Part shown: piece by piece, positions 37,480 to 49,659 of the stretch
Layout: each line of letters begins with the position of its first letter
Numbering within the stretch: the stretch's first letter is position 1
From: Octopus bimaculoides
Taxonomy: Eukaryota
DNA: 64,000 nucleotides
Direction of reading: 5' to 3'
Assembly: GCF_001194135.2 (NCBI RefSeq)
Contig: NC_068984.1
Coordinates: 105,308,835 to 105,372,834 of the forward strand
Notes under the pieces: generated by a model
Seen by the model: the letters and a program-made list of their open reading frames with translations, nothing else
Told to the model about the DNA's origin: nothing
Databases searched by the model: none
Program-made: the position numbers and the translations under genes

Positions 37480-38015
37480 AGCTGTGTAGTTGAGAAGTTT
37501 GCTTTTCAGCTATGTGATTTTGGGTTCAGTCCTACTGTGTGGCACCTTGGGTAAATGTCCTCTATTATAGCCCCTGGGTTGACCAAAGCCTTGCAAGAGG
37601 ATTTGGTAAATGGAAACTGAAAGAAACCCATTGTGTATGTGTATATATATATATATCATCATTGTCGTTTAACGTCCGCTTTCCATGCTAGCATGGGTTG
37701 GACGATTTGACTGAGGACTGGTGAAACCAGATGGCTACACCAGGCTCCAATCTGATTTGGCAGAGTTTCTACAGCTGGATGCCCTTCCTAACGCCAACCA
37801 CTCCGAGAGTGTAGTGGGTGCTTTTACGTGCCACTGGCACGAAGATATATATATATATATAATTACAGGTACAGGTGTGGCAAGAAGCTTGCTTCCCAAC
37901 CACATGTTTCCAGGTTCAGTCTCACCGTGTGGAACCTTGTGTTAGTCTCCTCTACTGTAGCTTTGTGCTGACCAAAGCGTGAGTGAATTTGGTAGATGGA
38001 AACTGAAAGAAGCCT

Positions 38016-38020
<5 letters not shown>
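37480..38020. mobile_element. SINE B (37480-37640), RTE tail (37655-37840, minus) and SINE B (37875-38020)
   Basis: Recognisable family B heads/bodies and the RTE (cat)n tail. Confidence 0.7.
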
Positions 38021-38068
<48 letters not shown>

Positions 38069-38150
38069 ATAGAAAGGACAACAAAAGAAAGAGACCTCGA
38101 TATTATGTAAATAGAGGAATTTATCTGTAAAAATATGTGACAATTATTTG

Positions 38151-38226
38151 GTAGCCATGATAAAACTCCGAGTTTCGAATGCTGGGGTGGAAACCCACCC
38201 CACTATCTCTTCAGTTATCTGGCCAT
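38151..38226 (-). ncRNA. Type I hammerhead ribozyme-like motif in a Penelope-type repeat
   Basis: Minus strand: tggccaGATAA-CTGAAGA-gatagTGGGGTGG(gttt)CCACCCCAgcattc-GAAACTCGGAGT-T-TTATCatggcta. Stem I, core, stem II and a short palindromic stem III are in register; GUU cleavage triplet. Confidence 0.6.
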
Positions 38227-39239
38227 TGAAAATTGCTATGAAAATGACCGTTAAACAAAGGAAAATTACTGTGTGGTTGACCGTTATTAAGACAAAAAAG
38301 CTATTAGAATGACCGCTAAGTGAGGGGAGGGAGTGATGGTAAGGGAGTAAAAATGTCCATAGTATTTGCGTAAGCGCACCAGTCCATACATATACATGTG
38401 CAACCGCATACCCATGTACATGCGCCTATATGTAAATACTCATCCACCCTTGCTTGAAACACGCACGTGCTCACCCACACATTCGCCAAATATATATATA
38501 TATATATACACACCCACACACACGCATGCAAAAAGGTTCATACACAGGTCAATATATGCACATACTCAAGGAAAAAAAAAACGGCTAAAGGCAAAATACA
38601 GAAAACTGTAAAAAAGTGTGAAAAAGCTTTAAGGGCAAAACGCATCTATATGCGCACATTCTTGCATGCATGCACACACATCTATATACGCACATACCCA
38701 CACACACGCACAAAAAGTTCCATGGGTTTCTGCTCTGGCCGAATAATTGTCACATATTTTTACAGATATATATATATACATATATNNNNNNNNNNNNNNN
38801 NNNNNNNNNNNNNNNNNNNNNNNNNNNNNNNNNNNNNNNNNNNNNNNNNNNNNNNNNNNNNNNNNNNNNNNNNNNNNNNNNNNNNNNNNNNNNNNNNNNN
38901 NNNNNNNNNNNNNNNNNNNNNNNNNNNNNNNNNNNNNNNNNNNNNNNNNNNNNNNNNNNNNNNNNNNNNNNNNNNNNNNNNNNNNNNNNNNNNNNNNNNN
39001 NNNNNNNNNNNNNNNNNNNNNNNNNNNNNNNNNNNNNNNNNNNNNNNNNNNNNNNNNNNNNNNNNNNNNNNNNNNNNNNNNNNNNNNNNNNNNNNNNNNN
39101 NNNNNNNNNNNNNNNNNNNNNNNNNNNNNNNNNNNNNNNNNNNNNNNNNNNNNNNNNNNNNNNNNNNNNNNNNNNNNNNNNNNNNNNNNNNNNNNNNNNN
39201 NNNNNNTTACCACACAGCCACTCCTGCGCCTATATATAT

Positions 39240-39998
39240 AAATAATATATAAATATATGCATATATACATACATATATGTACATACCTACATATATATGT
39301 ATATATACATGCATATATGGGTACAGGACATCAAAAAATGCTAAACACAATGAGAAACAAAAACATAGAAAACAAACTTTTTTTCGAACAACGAAAAAAA
39401 CAAACAGAGAAACGAGACAAGCAACATAAAGAATGTACCCCTTCTTCAGTTGTCCGTTTCATCTACTCTGTGTTTCGAAGGTAAGGACAATACACGACTT
39501 CGTTGAAACAGTCCTTCCCGCAAAACAAACTAAATAAAATTTGGGATTTTTTGCGGAGGGCGAATGTGTTAACAAGAACAGGACAGTGAGAACAAGACAG
39601 TAAAAACAAACGGTGAGAGCTGATGATGTTCCAAGATGATGGAAAAATTATTATGAACGCAAGGAGGACGAGCCATGAGAGGAGACAGGCGAGGCACGTC
39701 TTTTCGTTAGGAAGGCTGTGGACAGAAATAGAGATCCCCTTTCATCATGTGTCAGCAACGAGAGAGTCAAAGAAGAAGAGTGAGAGAGAGAGGGAAAGAA
39801 GAAGAGTGTGCATTGTAATTATTAAGACAAAACTTACTTGGAAAAGGATGCGTGGCATTCGATTATATAATAATATAAATAATATATAAATATATGCATA
39901 TATACATACATACATGTACATACCTACATATATATGTATATATACATGCATATATGGGTACAGGACATTAAAAAAATGTTAAACACAATGAGAGACAA
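39240..39998. repeat. About 120-bp direct repeats (39240-39358, about 39876-39998) flanking a ~520-bp insert
   Basis: ...gcatatatgggtacaggacat(c/t)aaaaaatg(c/t)taaacacaatgaga(a/g)acaa occurs twice. Resemblance of the insert to Penelope-type terminal sequence is an inference. Confidence 0.75.
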
Positions 39999-40189
39999 TG
40001 TGTGTGTGTGTGTGTGTGTGTACCCATACAAAGTCATTCATTTCCAGTCTTCCATGAAAAACATCTCTAGTTATGAGAAAAGGTTGGTAACAGGAAAGGC
40101 ATACAGCTGCAGAAAATCTTCCTCTACAGATTCTGTCAGACTTGTGGAAGCATGGAAATATGGATGTTAAAGTGCCACTTGTGTGAAAT

Positions 40190-42948
40190 GAGAGAACATA
40201 TATCGTGCCACACGGGAGGCGAGGCAACGGACGTTTGCGGTGAGACGTTACGTGTGTGGAGACAGTCGACCAAGGCAGCGACGATCGTCGACTTGAAGTC
40301 GGCATATTTGCAGCTCCGTGTGAGTGACAAGCTGTGGCGATACCAGCTGGTGTGGTACAAGGGCCGGACGTACTGTTTAACCAGGCTGGGTTTCGGGCTG
40401 AATTCCGCTCCGAAAATTATGGCGATGGTGCTCAAGTCCATCCTAGTGAAAAAGGAGAGGATAAGGAAGGCCACCAGACTCTCTTCTCGCTGGTAATTAC
40501 TGTTCCTACCCAGCCGACCACGGTNNNNNNNNNNNNNNNNNNNNNNNNNNNNNNNNNNNNNNNNNNNNNNNNNNNNNNNNNNNNNNNNNNNNNNNNNNNN
40601 NNNNNNNNNNNNNNNNNNNNNNNNNNNNNNNNNNNNNNNNNNNNNNNNNNNNNNNNNNNNNNNNNNNNNNNNNNNNNNNNNNNNNNNNNNNNNNNNNNNN
40701 NNNNNNNNNNNNNNNNNNNNNNNNNNNNNNNNNNNNNNNNNNNNNNNNNNNNNNNNNNNNNNNNNNNNNNNNNNNNNNNNNNNNNNNNNNNNNNNNNNNN
40801 NNNNNNNNNNNNNNNNNNNNNNNNNNNNNNNNNNNNNNNNNNNNNNNNNNNNNNNNNNNNNNNNNNNNNNNNNNNNNNNNNNNNNNNNNNNNNNNNNNNN
40901 NNNNNNNNNNNNNNNNNNNNNNNNNNNNNNNNNNNNNNNNNNNNNNNNNNNNNNNNNNNNNNNNNNNNNNNNNNNNNNNNNNNNNNNNNNNNNNNNNNNN
41001 NNNNNNNNNNNNNNNNNNNNNNNNNNNNNNNNNNNNNNNNNNNNNNNNNNNNNNNNNNNNNNNNNNNNNNNNNNNNNNNNNNNNNNNNNNNNNNNNNNNN
41101 NNNNNNNNNNNNNNNNNNNNNNNNNNNNNNNNNNNNNNNNNNNNNNNNNNNNNNNNNNNNNNNNNNNNNNNNNNNNNNNNNNNNNNNNNNNNNNNNNNNN
41201 NNNNNNNNNNNGACGAAAGGTGCTGCGAAGATGTTGGTGAAACGCCGCCTAGAAATTCTGGGAGAGCTGATCGCCGAGTTCGGACTGAAGCTGAACGTGG
41301 TTTTCGTGCCTTCGGAGAGAAACAGGGCGGACGCACTGACCAGGGTGAAAAGGGTGTGGCTGGAGGAACCGGAGGAAGCAAGGAAAGGGATAGCGGCAGC
41401 GTGTCGGCTGGGTGACTCCGAACTGAAAGAGCTACATGCTATGCACCACTTGGGGGTGGATAGGACCCTGTATCTGTCGAAAATGATTGATGCTGACGTT
41501 ACTAGGAGAAACGTCAAGAAAGTGGTCGCGAAATGTGACAGATGCCAGTCCATTGACCCCGCCCCGGGTGGGCATGAGCAGGGGAACCTCTCAGTAGAAC
41601 ACAGCTGGAGGAGACTAGCTGTGGATGTGACGCACTACCGTCAGGAAATGTATCTCAGCATGGTCGACTGTGGGCCGGGCCAGCTGGCCATTTGGAGGGA
41701 GCTGAGGACAGGCATTGCCGATGAGATTGCCCGCATTCTGAACGGGATATTCTTGGANNNNNNNNNNNNNNNNNNNNNNNNNNNNNNNNNNNNNNNNNNN
41801 NNNNNNNNNNNNNNNNNNNNNNNNNNNNNNNNNNNNNNNNNNNNNNNNNNNNNNNNNNNNNNNNNNNNNNNNNNNNNNNNNNNNNNNNNNNNNNNNNNNN
41901 NNNNNNNNNNNNNNNNNNNNNNNNNNNNNNNNNNNNNNNNNNNNNNNNNNNNNNNNNNNNNNNNNNNNNNNNNNNNNNNNNNNNNNNNNNNNNNNNNNNN
42001 NNNNNNNNNNNNNNNNNNNNNNNNNNNNNNNNNNNNNNNNNNNNNNNNNNNNNNNNNNNNNNNNNNNNNNNNNNNNNNNNNNNNNNNNNNNNNNNNNNNN
42101 NNNNNNNNNNNNNNNNNNNNNNNNNNNNNNNNNNNNNNNNNNNNNNNNNNNNNNNNNNNNNNNNNNNNNNNNNNNNNNNNNNNNNNNNNNNNNNNNNNNN
42201 NNNNNNNNNNNNNNNNNNNNNNNNNNNNNNNNNNNNNNNNNNNNNNNNNNNNNNNNNNNNNNNNNNNNNNNNNNNNNNNNNNNNNNNNNNNNNNNNNNNN
42301 NNNNNNNNNNNNNNNNNNNNNNNNNNNNNNNNNNNNNNNNNNNNNNNNNNNNNNNNNNNNNNNNNNNNNNNNNNNNNNNNNNNNNNNNNNNNNNNNNNNN
42401 NNNNNNNNNNNNNNNNNNNNNNNNNNNNNNNNNNNNNNNNNNNNNNNNNNNNNNNNNNNNNNNNNNNNNNNNNNNNNNNNNNNNNNNNNNNNNNNNNNNN
42501 NNNNNNNNNNNNNNNNNNNNNNNNNNNNNNNNNNNNNNNNNNNNNNNNNNNNNNNNNNNNNNNNNNNNNNNNNNNNNNNNNNNNNNNNNNNNNNNNNNNN
42601 NNNNNNNNNNNNNNNNNNNNNNNNNNNNNNNNNNNNNNNNNNNNNNNNNNNNNNNNNNNNNNNNNNNNNNNNNNNNNNNNNNNNNNNNNNNNNNNNNNNN
42701 NNNNNNNNNNNNNNNNNNNNNNNNNNNNNNNNNNNNNNNNNNATCGGGATTCATGCCCTTTTTGAACGGGGTCGCGGACAGGACAAGACGTGTTCAGTGA
42801 CGGTCTAGGTTTGGGAGAAGCAGCTGCTATTCCTGGTGTTCTTTGGGTCGGGGCAAGCTTCAAGGATTGGATACCGCAAGACAGACTCGCAGTCAACGAA
42901 AGGAAAACCGAGGTAAGGCAATTACATCTACTCGTACGCACACACCAC

Positions 42949-42949
<1 letters not shown>
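40190..42949 (+). mobile_element. Ty3/Gypsy pol (RT, RNase H, integrase fragments) and probable 3' LTR end
   Basis: VDLKSAYLQLRV...YCLTRLGFGLNSAPKIM; FVPSERNRADALTR; HHLGVDRT...KCDRCQSIDPAP...WRRLAVDVTHY...YLSMVDCGP. After the gap an LTR-like tail ends ...CACA before (TA)n. Two large gaps. Confidence 0.88.
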
Positions 42950-43005
<56 letters not shown>

Positions 43006-43009
43006 ACAA

Positions 43010-43645
43010 AGTGTAAGCGCCCTCAGAGAAAAGTTGGACATAAGAAGCATCAGATGTGGTGTGCAAGAGAGATGACTGCGTTGGTATGGTCATGTGTTGC
43101 ATATGAATGAGGACAGGTGTGTGAAGAAGTGTCATACCCTAACAGTGGAGGGAACTTGTGGAAGAGGTAGACCTAGGAAGACATGAGATGAGATGGTGAA
43201 GCACGACCTTCAAATGTTGGGCCTCACAGAGGCAATGACAAGCGAGTGAGACCTTTGGAGATATGCTGTGCTTGAGAAGACTCAGCAAGCCGAGTGAGAT
43301 CATGCTGTGGCCAATGCCTGTGTCGCATAACTAGCCCATTTAAAAGCACCAACTGAAATTGTAGTCATGGCTGATACCAGTGCTACCTGACTAGCTCCCA
43401 TGCTGGTGGCATGTAAAAAGCACCATTTGAGCATGACCAATGCCAATGCTGCCTAACTGGCTCCCATGTCGGTGGTACGTAAAAAGCACCCACTACAGTC
43501 TCAGAGTGGTTGGCATTAGGAACGGCATCCAGCTGTAGAAACCTTGCCAAATCAGATTGGAGCCCGGTGCAGTCCTCAGTCAAACCATTCAACCCATGCC
43601 AGCATGGAAAGCGGACGTTAAATGACATCGCCAATGATGATGATA
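43010..43645 (+). mobile_element. RTE LINE 3' end (ORF C-terminus + 3' UTR)
   Basis: LREKLDIRSIRCGVQER.LRWYGHVLHMNEDRCVKKC..L.VEGTCGRGRPRKT.DE.VKHDL, then the same gcatggaaagcggacgttaa(gat)n tail as the short copies. Confidence 0.85.
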
Positions 43646-44264
43646 CACACACACACAAAGAGCTTCTGTTTCTGTCTTTACACAAAAGCTATGTATTATT
43701 TTTTTAATAAAAGCTATTTGTATATTCTTACAACTACAACATGACCATAAATGAACAGATTCCCAAGTTATCTAATTATTAATCCACAAACTCATGCAAA
43801 TGCCATGACATTGAAAGCACTCCACAGAGTGGAAATGTGATTGGCCTCTTGTTCATATATTGTCACCTCTGCTGTGTCTTACAACAAAATGTAAATTGCA
43901 TCAAGCGATTGTTGTAAACTATGTGATCTGTGAACTGAAAGTAGAAGATTACAATAGTTAGATGCTGTGAATTAAGTATTATAGTGTTACATAGAAACTA
44001 ATATCATCCGTGGAATCTTAATATACCAATAGTATTGTTCCTCACTGAAAACAGAAATATGTGACAGTTTAGGTTTCATGAAGAATGGAAATATTTAACA
44101 GAAGTGACTTACTCTGAAATTTCAGCTGTTTCCTATTGACAGTTACTTTTACTTTATAATGTAACCTTAAACAAAATGCATTTGAGACTAGCATATTTGA
44201 GGTCACTATAAAACTGAAATTTAATATTGCTATACAGTCTCTTTAGCAATTTATATATATATAT

Positions 44265-44540
44265 GAGATCGTTGCCAGTGCCGCTGGACTGGCTCCTGTG
44301 CAGGTGGCACGTAAAATACACCATTTTCAGCGTGGCTGTTACCAGTACTGCCTGACTGGCCTTCGTGCTGGTGGCACGTAAAAGCACCCACTACACTCTC
44401 GGAGTGGTTGGCATTAGGAAGGGCATCCAGCTGTAGAAACTCTGCCAAATCAGATTGGAGCCTGGTGTAGCCATCTGGTTCACCAGTCCTCAATCAAATC
44501 GTACAACCCTGCTAGCATGGAAAGCGGACATTAAACAATG
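44265..44540 (+). mobile_element. RTE 3'-tail copy
   Basis: gtggcacgtaaaagcacccactacactctcggagtggttggc...ctagcatggaaagcggacattaa. Confidence 0.8.
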
Positions 44541-44550
44541 NNNNNNNNNN

Positions 44551-44587
<37 letters not shown>

Positions 44588-44589
<2 letters not shown>

Positions 44590-45753
44590 GGTCATCCCAT
44601 AAATAATGCATTTTTAAAATATTTATTTTATTTTTTAAAATTAAGATAAACAAAGTTCTTTCTTAATCTAAAATAGACTCTCCTTCATTTTTGACAATGC
44701 TTTTCTATCTCTCTGGTAGACTTGCAAGGCCCCTCTTCCAAAATTCACTTGCTGTGATGAAAAATACTCCTCTAGTACTGTTCTACAGAATTCATACATT
44801 TTCTGTCCAAATAATTTTGAAGATTGCGGAATAAATAATTATCAGATGGGGTAATGTTCGGCGAATATGGTGGGTGGGGCATCTTTTCCCATTCAAACTG
44901 CTTCAGACTTTGACATGTCATCCTTGTTGTATGTGGTCGCCGCTCAAGCTACTCACAGTAGATCTCTTTTATCATTTGGTTTGGGTTTGAAAGTTTGAAG
45001 TGGACTAAACCTTTCATATCCCACCAAACAGATAACAACACCTTACGTGGGTGAAAACCTTCTTTAGCCTGTGCCAGTGTTTTTCCTTTCCCTACCCAGT
45101 CTTCCATGCTTGACATTTTTATAGAGAACTCATTTTTCATCACCAGTCACTATTTGGTCCAAAAAAACCTTCATACATGAGATATGACAGCAAAGAAGAG
45201 CACACATTCACTCTCTGTGCACAATTAAGCTCAGTAAGATTGAGGAATCCATTGACCCAATTTGCTGACTTTTCTGATGGCACACAGGTGTCAATGAATG
45301 GTTGAATGACAAGATCCAAACTTCTCTGCTAGTTCTTCAACAGTTACGATGGGATTTTGTTGAACCAGGGTTTGCAGAATGTCTTTGCCAAGCTCTACAG
45401 ATCTTCCAGGACAAGGCTCATTTTCTAGGCTGTAGTTTTCAGCTTGGAATTTCTGGAACCTCTGTTGACACTAGCTTACACTTATTGTCCGATCTCCATA
45501 TACTGCATTAATATTCCTTGCACTTCCCGTTGCGTTGTTGCCTTTATTGAACTCATAAAGCAAAATATGCTCCTTTGTCACTGAAAAAATAACTGTTAAA
45601 ATCGAACTGCACTCTTCAAAACTTGCACTAAGGATAAATACAAGGTAAAATTACTGCCTGCTTTTATAGTGAGTTGATGCAGGTAATTTATCCTGTCCCC
45701 CTTCAACTTTTAGTTCATGCAATTGAAAAAAGCTGCATTATTTATGGGATGTA
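44588..45753 (-). mobile_element. Degenerate mariner transposon
   Basis: TIRs catcccataaataatgca at both ends; FLDQIVTGDEK*VLYKN, HPRKVLLSVWWDMKG and HPPYSPNITPSDNYLF motifs with stops and deletions. Confidence 0.88.
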
Positions 45754-45764
45754 TATATATTTAA

Positions 45765-46406
45765 TTTTTGTATCTGGTTTGCAAGATTCTTTATGTGAAT
45801 TTGTGTGTTGAAGCATATCTTATTGTCTGGGGAGAGTCATTATCTTTTAGTGCCTTATTAATTTAACACACTCACCAGTCTGATTTCCACTCATTTACTT
45901 ATTAATTTTTACTAAAATTTTCATTGCATCTTGCAACCTTTTCAATAGTCATTGACTGTCCATTATTGGAACTGCTTTCTTCTTTTGTTTGTTTGTGAGC
46001 ATACACATATGTATGTAGGTATGCAGACAGACTGGCACACACACATATACATCCAAATGAAGACTGAAACAAGCGACCATATAAACACACACGCACACAG
46101 AGACACACATCCATGCATAACAGTCATATAAACCCATACACAGACACAAGCACATGGATATGCAGAATACATAAAAACGTGCACACATATATATATATAT
46201 GCATACATACACACATAAATGTGTATGCACACACAAAAAAAAAAAGAAAAAAAAGAATGCAGTTCTGATAACAGAGTCAATCACTATTGAAAAGGTTGCA
46301 AGACACAATGAAAATTTTAGTAAAAATTAATAAGTAAATGAGTGGAAATCGGACTGGTGAGCGGTGTTAAATTCATAAGGCACTAAAAGATAATGACTCT
46401 CCCCAG

Positions 46407-46410
<4 letters not shown>
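45765..46410. mobile_element. Foldback-like element with inverted arms of at least 180 bp
   Basis: About 45826-46000 is the reverse complement of about 46230-46408; CA-rich spacer. Confidence 0.8.
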
Positions 46411-46473
<63 letters not shown>

Positions 46474-48159
46474 TAAATGTATATAAATATATATCATGAA
46501 CATGTATATATGTGTATATGTATATATACACACATGTATGTGTGTGTGTATGTATGTAATTTCAGGTAATATTCATCTGATGACAAGATAATTGGTACAT
46601 AAAATTAGTGCTAAAGTTGACTTCCTTCTTAAACTCCAACTTGAATTGCAACTAAAAATACAAGTGTCTAAATCAGAATTGGCTATGGCAGTGTTTCATT
46701 TGAGCTGGTACATGTACAATAGAACAAAGATCAACTGGAAAGGCAAACAACTTTGCCTGTCTAATCCTTTAGTCTATTCTCTCTATATATATCATCGTTT
46801 AATATCTATTTTCCATGCTGGCATGGGTATGATGGTTTGACAGGAACAGACAAGTCAGATGACTACACCAAGCTCTGTTGTCCGTTTTGGTTTCTACAGT
46901 TTGGTGCCCTTCCTAACACCAACCACTTTACAAAGTTTACTGGGTGGTCACTAAGTAACTTGCAGGATAAGACCGCTCAACTGGAGGAAGTAATAGAGGG
47001 ACAAAAAAGTGTCTTGCATTAGAAGCAGCACAGCCTCCTCAGATGGAAAAGAGAGAGGAGAGAAAGATGGGTAAGATGTGACAAAGAAAGGGCCATACAC
47101 CCAAATTACAGGGTGGCATATATAGTGAAGTGGATCAGGGATTGAGAGGGTGGGTTGGTGAGTTCACAAGATTTCAAAAGGTGAGTGGGAACTAGGTGTG
47201 TGTAGGGAAATCCCCACACAATTGCAGGTGAGTGCTGGTGTAGCTTCTACCTCTATCCTTCCAGCAGTTAGGGTATAATTACCTGAAAGGTGTCCCTGTC
47301 TGCTTTTGACTTTAAAGGGAATTAGCTAAGTCCATTGTACTTGGTATTAAATCATCCTTGATTCCAAACAATACATACATTTATATGATCTAAAATATCA
47401 TTTAATGTCTACTTTTCCATACTTGCATAAGTCAGATGGAATTTGTGGAGGTAAATGTTTTACAGCTGGATGCCCTTCCTGTCACTAATCCTAATCTATT
47501 TCTAAGTAAGGTAATGTGTTTCCTTAAAAGACTGGAAACAAAGAACACTACTTGCATGACTATGACATTTGTTTACAACTATCACATGAATCAAAAGCAA
47601 GGAGACAGTAACACACATATAAACAGATACATACATATGATGGCTTCTTTTGGTTTCTATCTATTAAATCCACTTACAAAGCTTTGATTGACATGGGGCT
47701 TATAGTAAAAGACACTTGCCCAAGGTGCCATGCAGCCAGATTAAACCTGAAACCATGTAGTGGGGAAGTACTTACAACATAGCCAAGATAGGATTAAGAA
47801 ACATAAAAACAAAATGAAGTCTTTTATACATTATTTAAATGCTAAAGGGACCCAGTATGATAAACAGATGGCATGCTGATTAAAAAGTGTCTCAATCGGA
47901 GGTTGATAGAGTAGCTGGTGAAAGGGTTTTAAAGCATATCCAACATGTGATAGAGAATTCTAAGATAACTTCCTGTCCAAACAAGGATGGGGCTGGATAT
48001 TACAAGATAATAATGAAACTGACATTCAAAAAGTACAGAAGAACAAAAGCCAGGATAAGTTTAAACAATCATTTCTTTATTTTCATATTTGTACAAAATA
48101 CTATTAAATATAACTTCCTTAAAAATACAAATGAGAAAAGTAATTAGATATTATTTTAA

Positions 48160-48372
48160 CCCTTTAGCATATAGATTACTGTCAAACGTAATGCTTATTT
48201 ATCCACATTCTTTTGAAATTGTGCATTATTTCATAGCTTCAAGATTTCAATGATATGGTTGTTTAGTTTTAGTGACATTGTAGAGGAGGTGTGAGAGGCT
48301 AGATCTGGCTGGTTCAAACATAAAACAGGTAGAATATTTTGGCCGGATATGGTCAGTTTAAATGCTAAAGGG
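48160..48372. mobile_element. piggyBac-type MITE (intact ends)
   Basis: TTAA|CCCTTTAGCAT...ATGCTAAAGGG|TTAA. Confidence 0.88.
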
Positions 48373-48777
48373 TTAAATCTTCATTTTGCAATAAAAACTG
48401 GCTAAACATTGAAAAAATGATATACCTACCTTTGTGCTACAACCTGCACTTCCTTAACATATAGTATCATGGAGACACATTTGTGCAACAACCTGCACCA
48501 TCTTCTTAGGTTTGCCAATCAATATAACATTATTATGACAACTTCATTTTCAACCACCAACATAATTCTGTAACCCCCCTACATAAAAGAGAAAAACCTT
48601 CAAGCTAGTCCATATCATATTATGTCTCTGCCATTTGGTAGTTCTGGCCACTACTCTTTATCCATTATTGTTAGTGGCTCTAGACTACCATTCTGAGATA
48701 TCCCAGTGGTAAATCCCTTAGCTTTTCCATCATGAAGAGAGAAAATTTCTTAGCTGGAATGAAGATTACCTGCTTAA

Positions 48778-48991
48778 CCCTTTTATTACCAGGTTTCTGT
48801 TGAAATACATTGCCTTATGATTTTGAAAACAATGAAGAATTTAATAAAATAATGGTCATTATTAAGTTAATGTTTGAGACTTAAATTAACATGAAATTTT
48901 AATGAAAGGTTTTAATTTAGATTATTTTTTAAAACAGGATATTTGTAAAATAGAACCAGAAGCAATTGAAAGAAGGTTGGTATTGAAAAGG
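48778..48991. mobile_element. Second piggyBac-type MITE family
   Basis: TTAA|CCCTTTTATTACCA...TGGTATTGAAAAGG|CTAA; interior unrelated to the first family. Confidence 0.65.
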
Positions 48992-49659
48992 CTAACTCTT
49001 TTGATACCAATCCACACTAACTCTGAATAAAAACTGATAAAGTGTACAGAGAACAAGTTAGTCTTGACAGACAGCCTCTCCATAGGTGTGGTACAATAAA
49101 ATAACATTAAGGCTCTGTTGTAAATAGCTAATGAAAGAAAGATAATAAAACATTAATATAAAATCAATGAAAAATCCTAAATGCATATACAGAACTAACA
49201 TGTAGTATCGGTAGTGCAGTGGTCAGGTAAAAACATCTGGCCATTGGTGAGGACCACTTCACTTATCAAATAGTGGCAACAATTCTTTTTGTTTCAGATG
49301 CAGAAAACATCAAAGAATTCAGCCAAGCTACCCACCTCTGGAAACTCCTTTTCTTGTTAGGTACAAAACTTTCAATGTACTCCAATGTTTGTACAATGAA
49401 CTGTAGGTCTGGAGAGGTTGTAGAAACACAATAACGATGAACAGATGCACACCACAAACAAAAGGTAAAATGGAGAGAAAACCTCAGTCAAAATCCTTAT
49501 TGGTACACATACAAATTCTTCTGAGTGAGTAATAGTGCTATATCGGGTGAACCTGTGATATTTGTTGTTAGGAAAAAGGAATTGAAGTAATCAGAGCATG
49601 TGGTAGAATAATTATGCTTAGACTAGTCATAAGTAACACAACAGCAAGTTACCTCTACA

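Noticed and set aside
39420-39640. Hammerhead-like words (CTGAAGA/GAAAC on minus; GAAACAGTC and CTGATGA on plus)
   Set aside because: Stems I/II cannot be formed in register; too degenerate to support.
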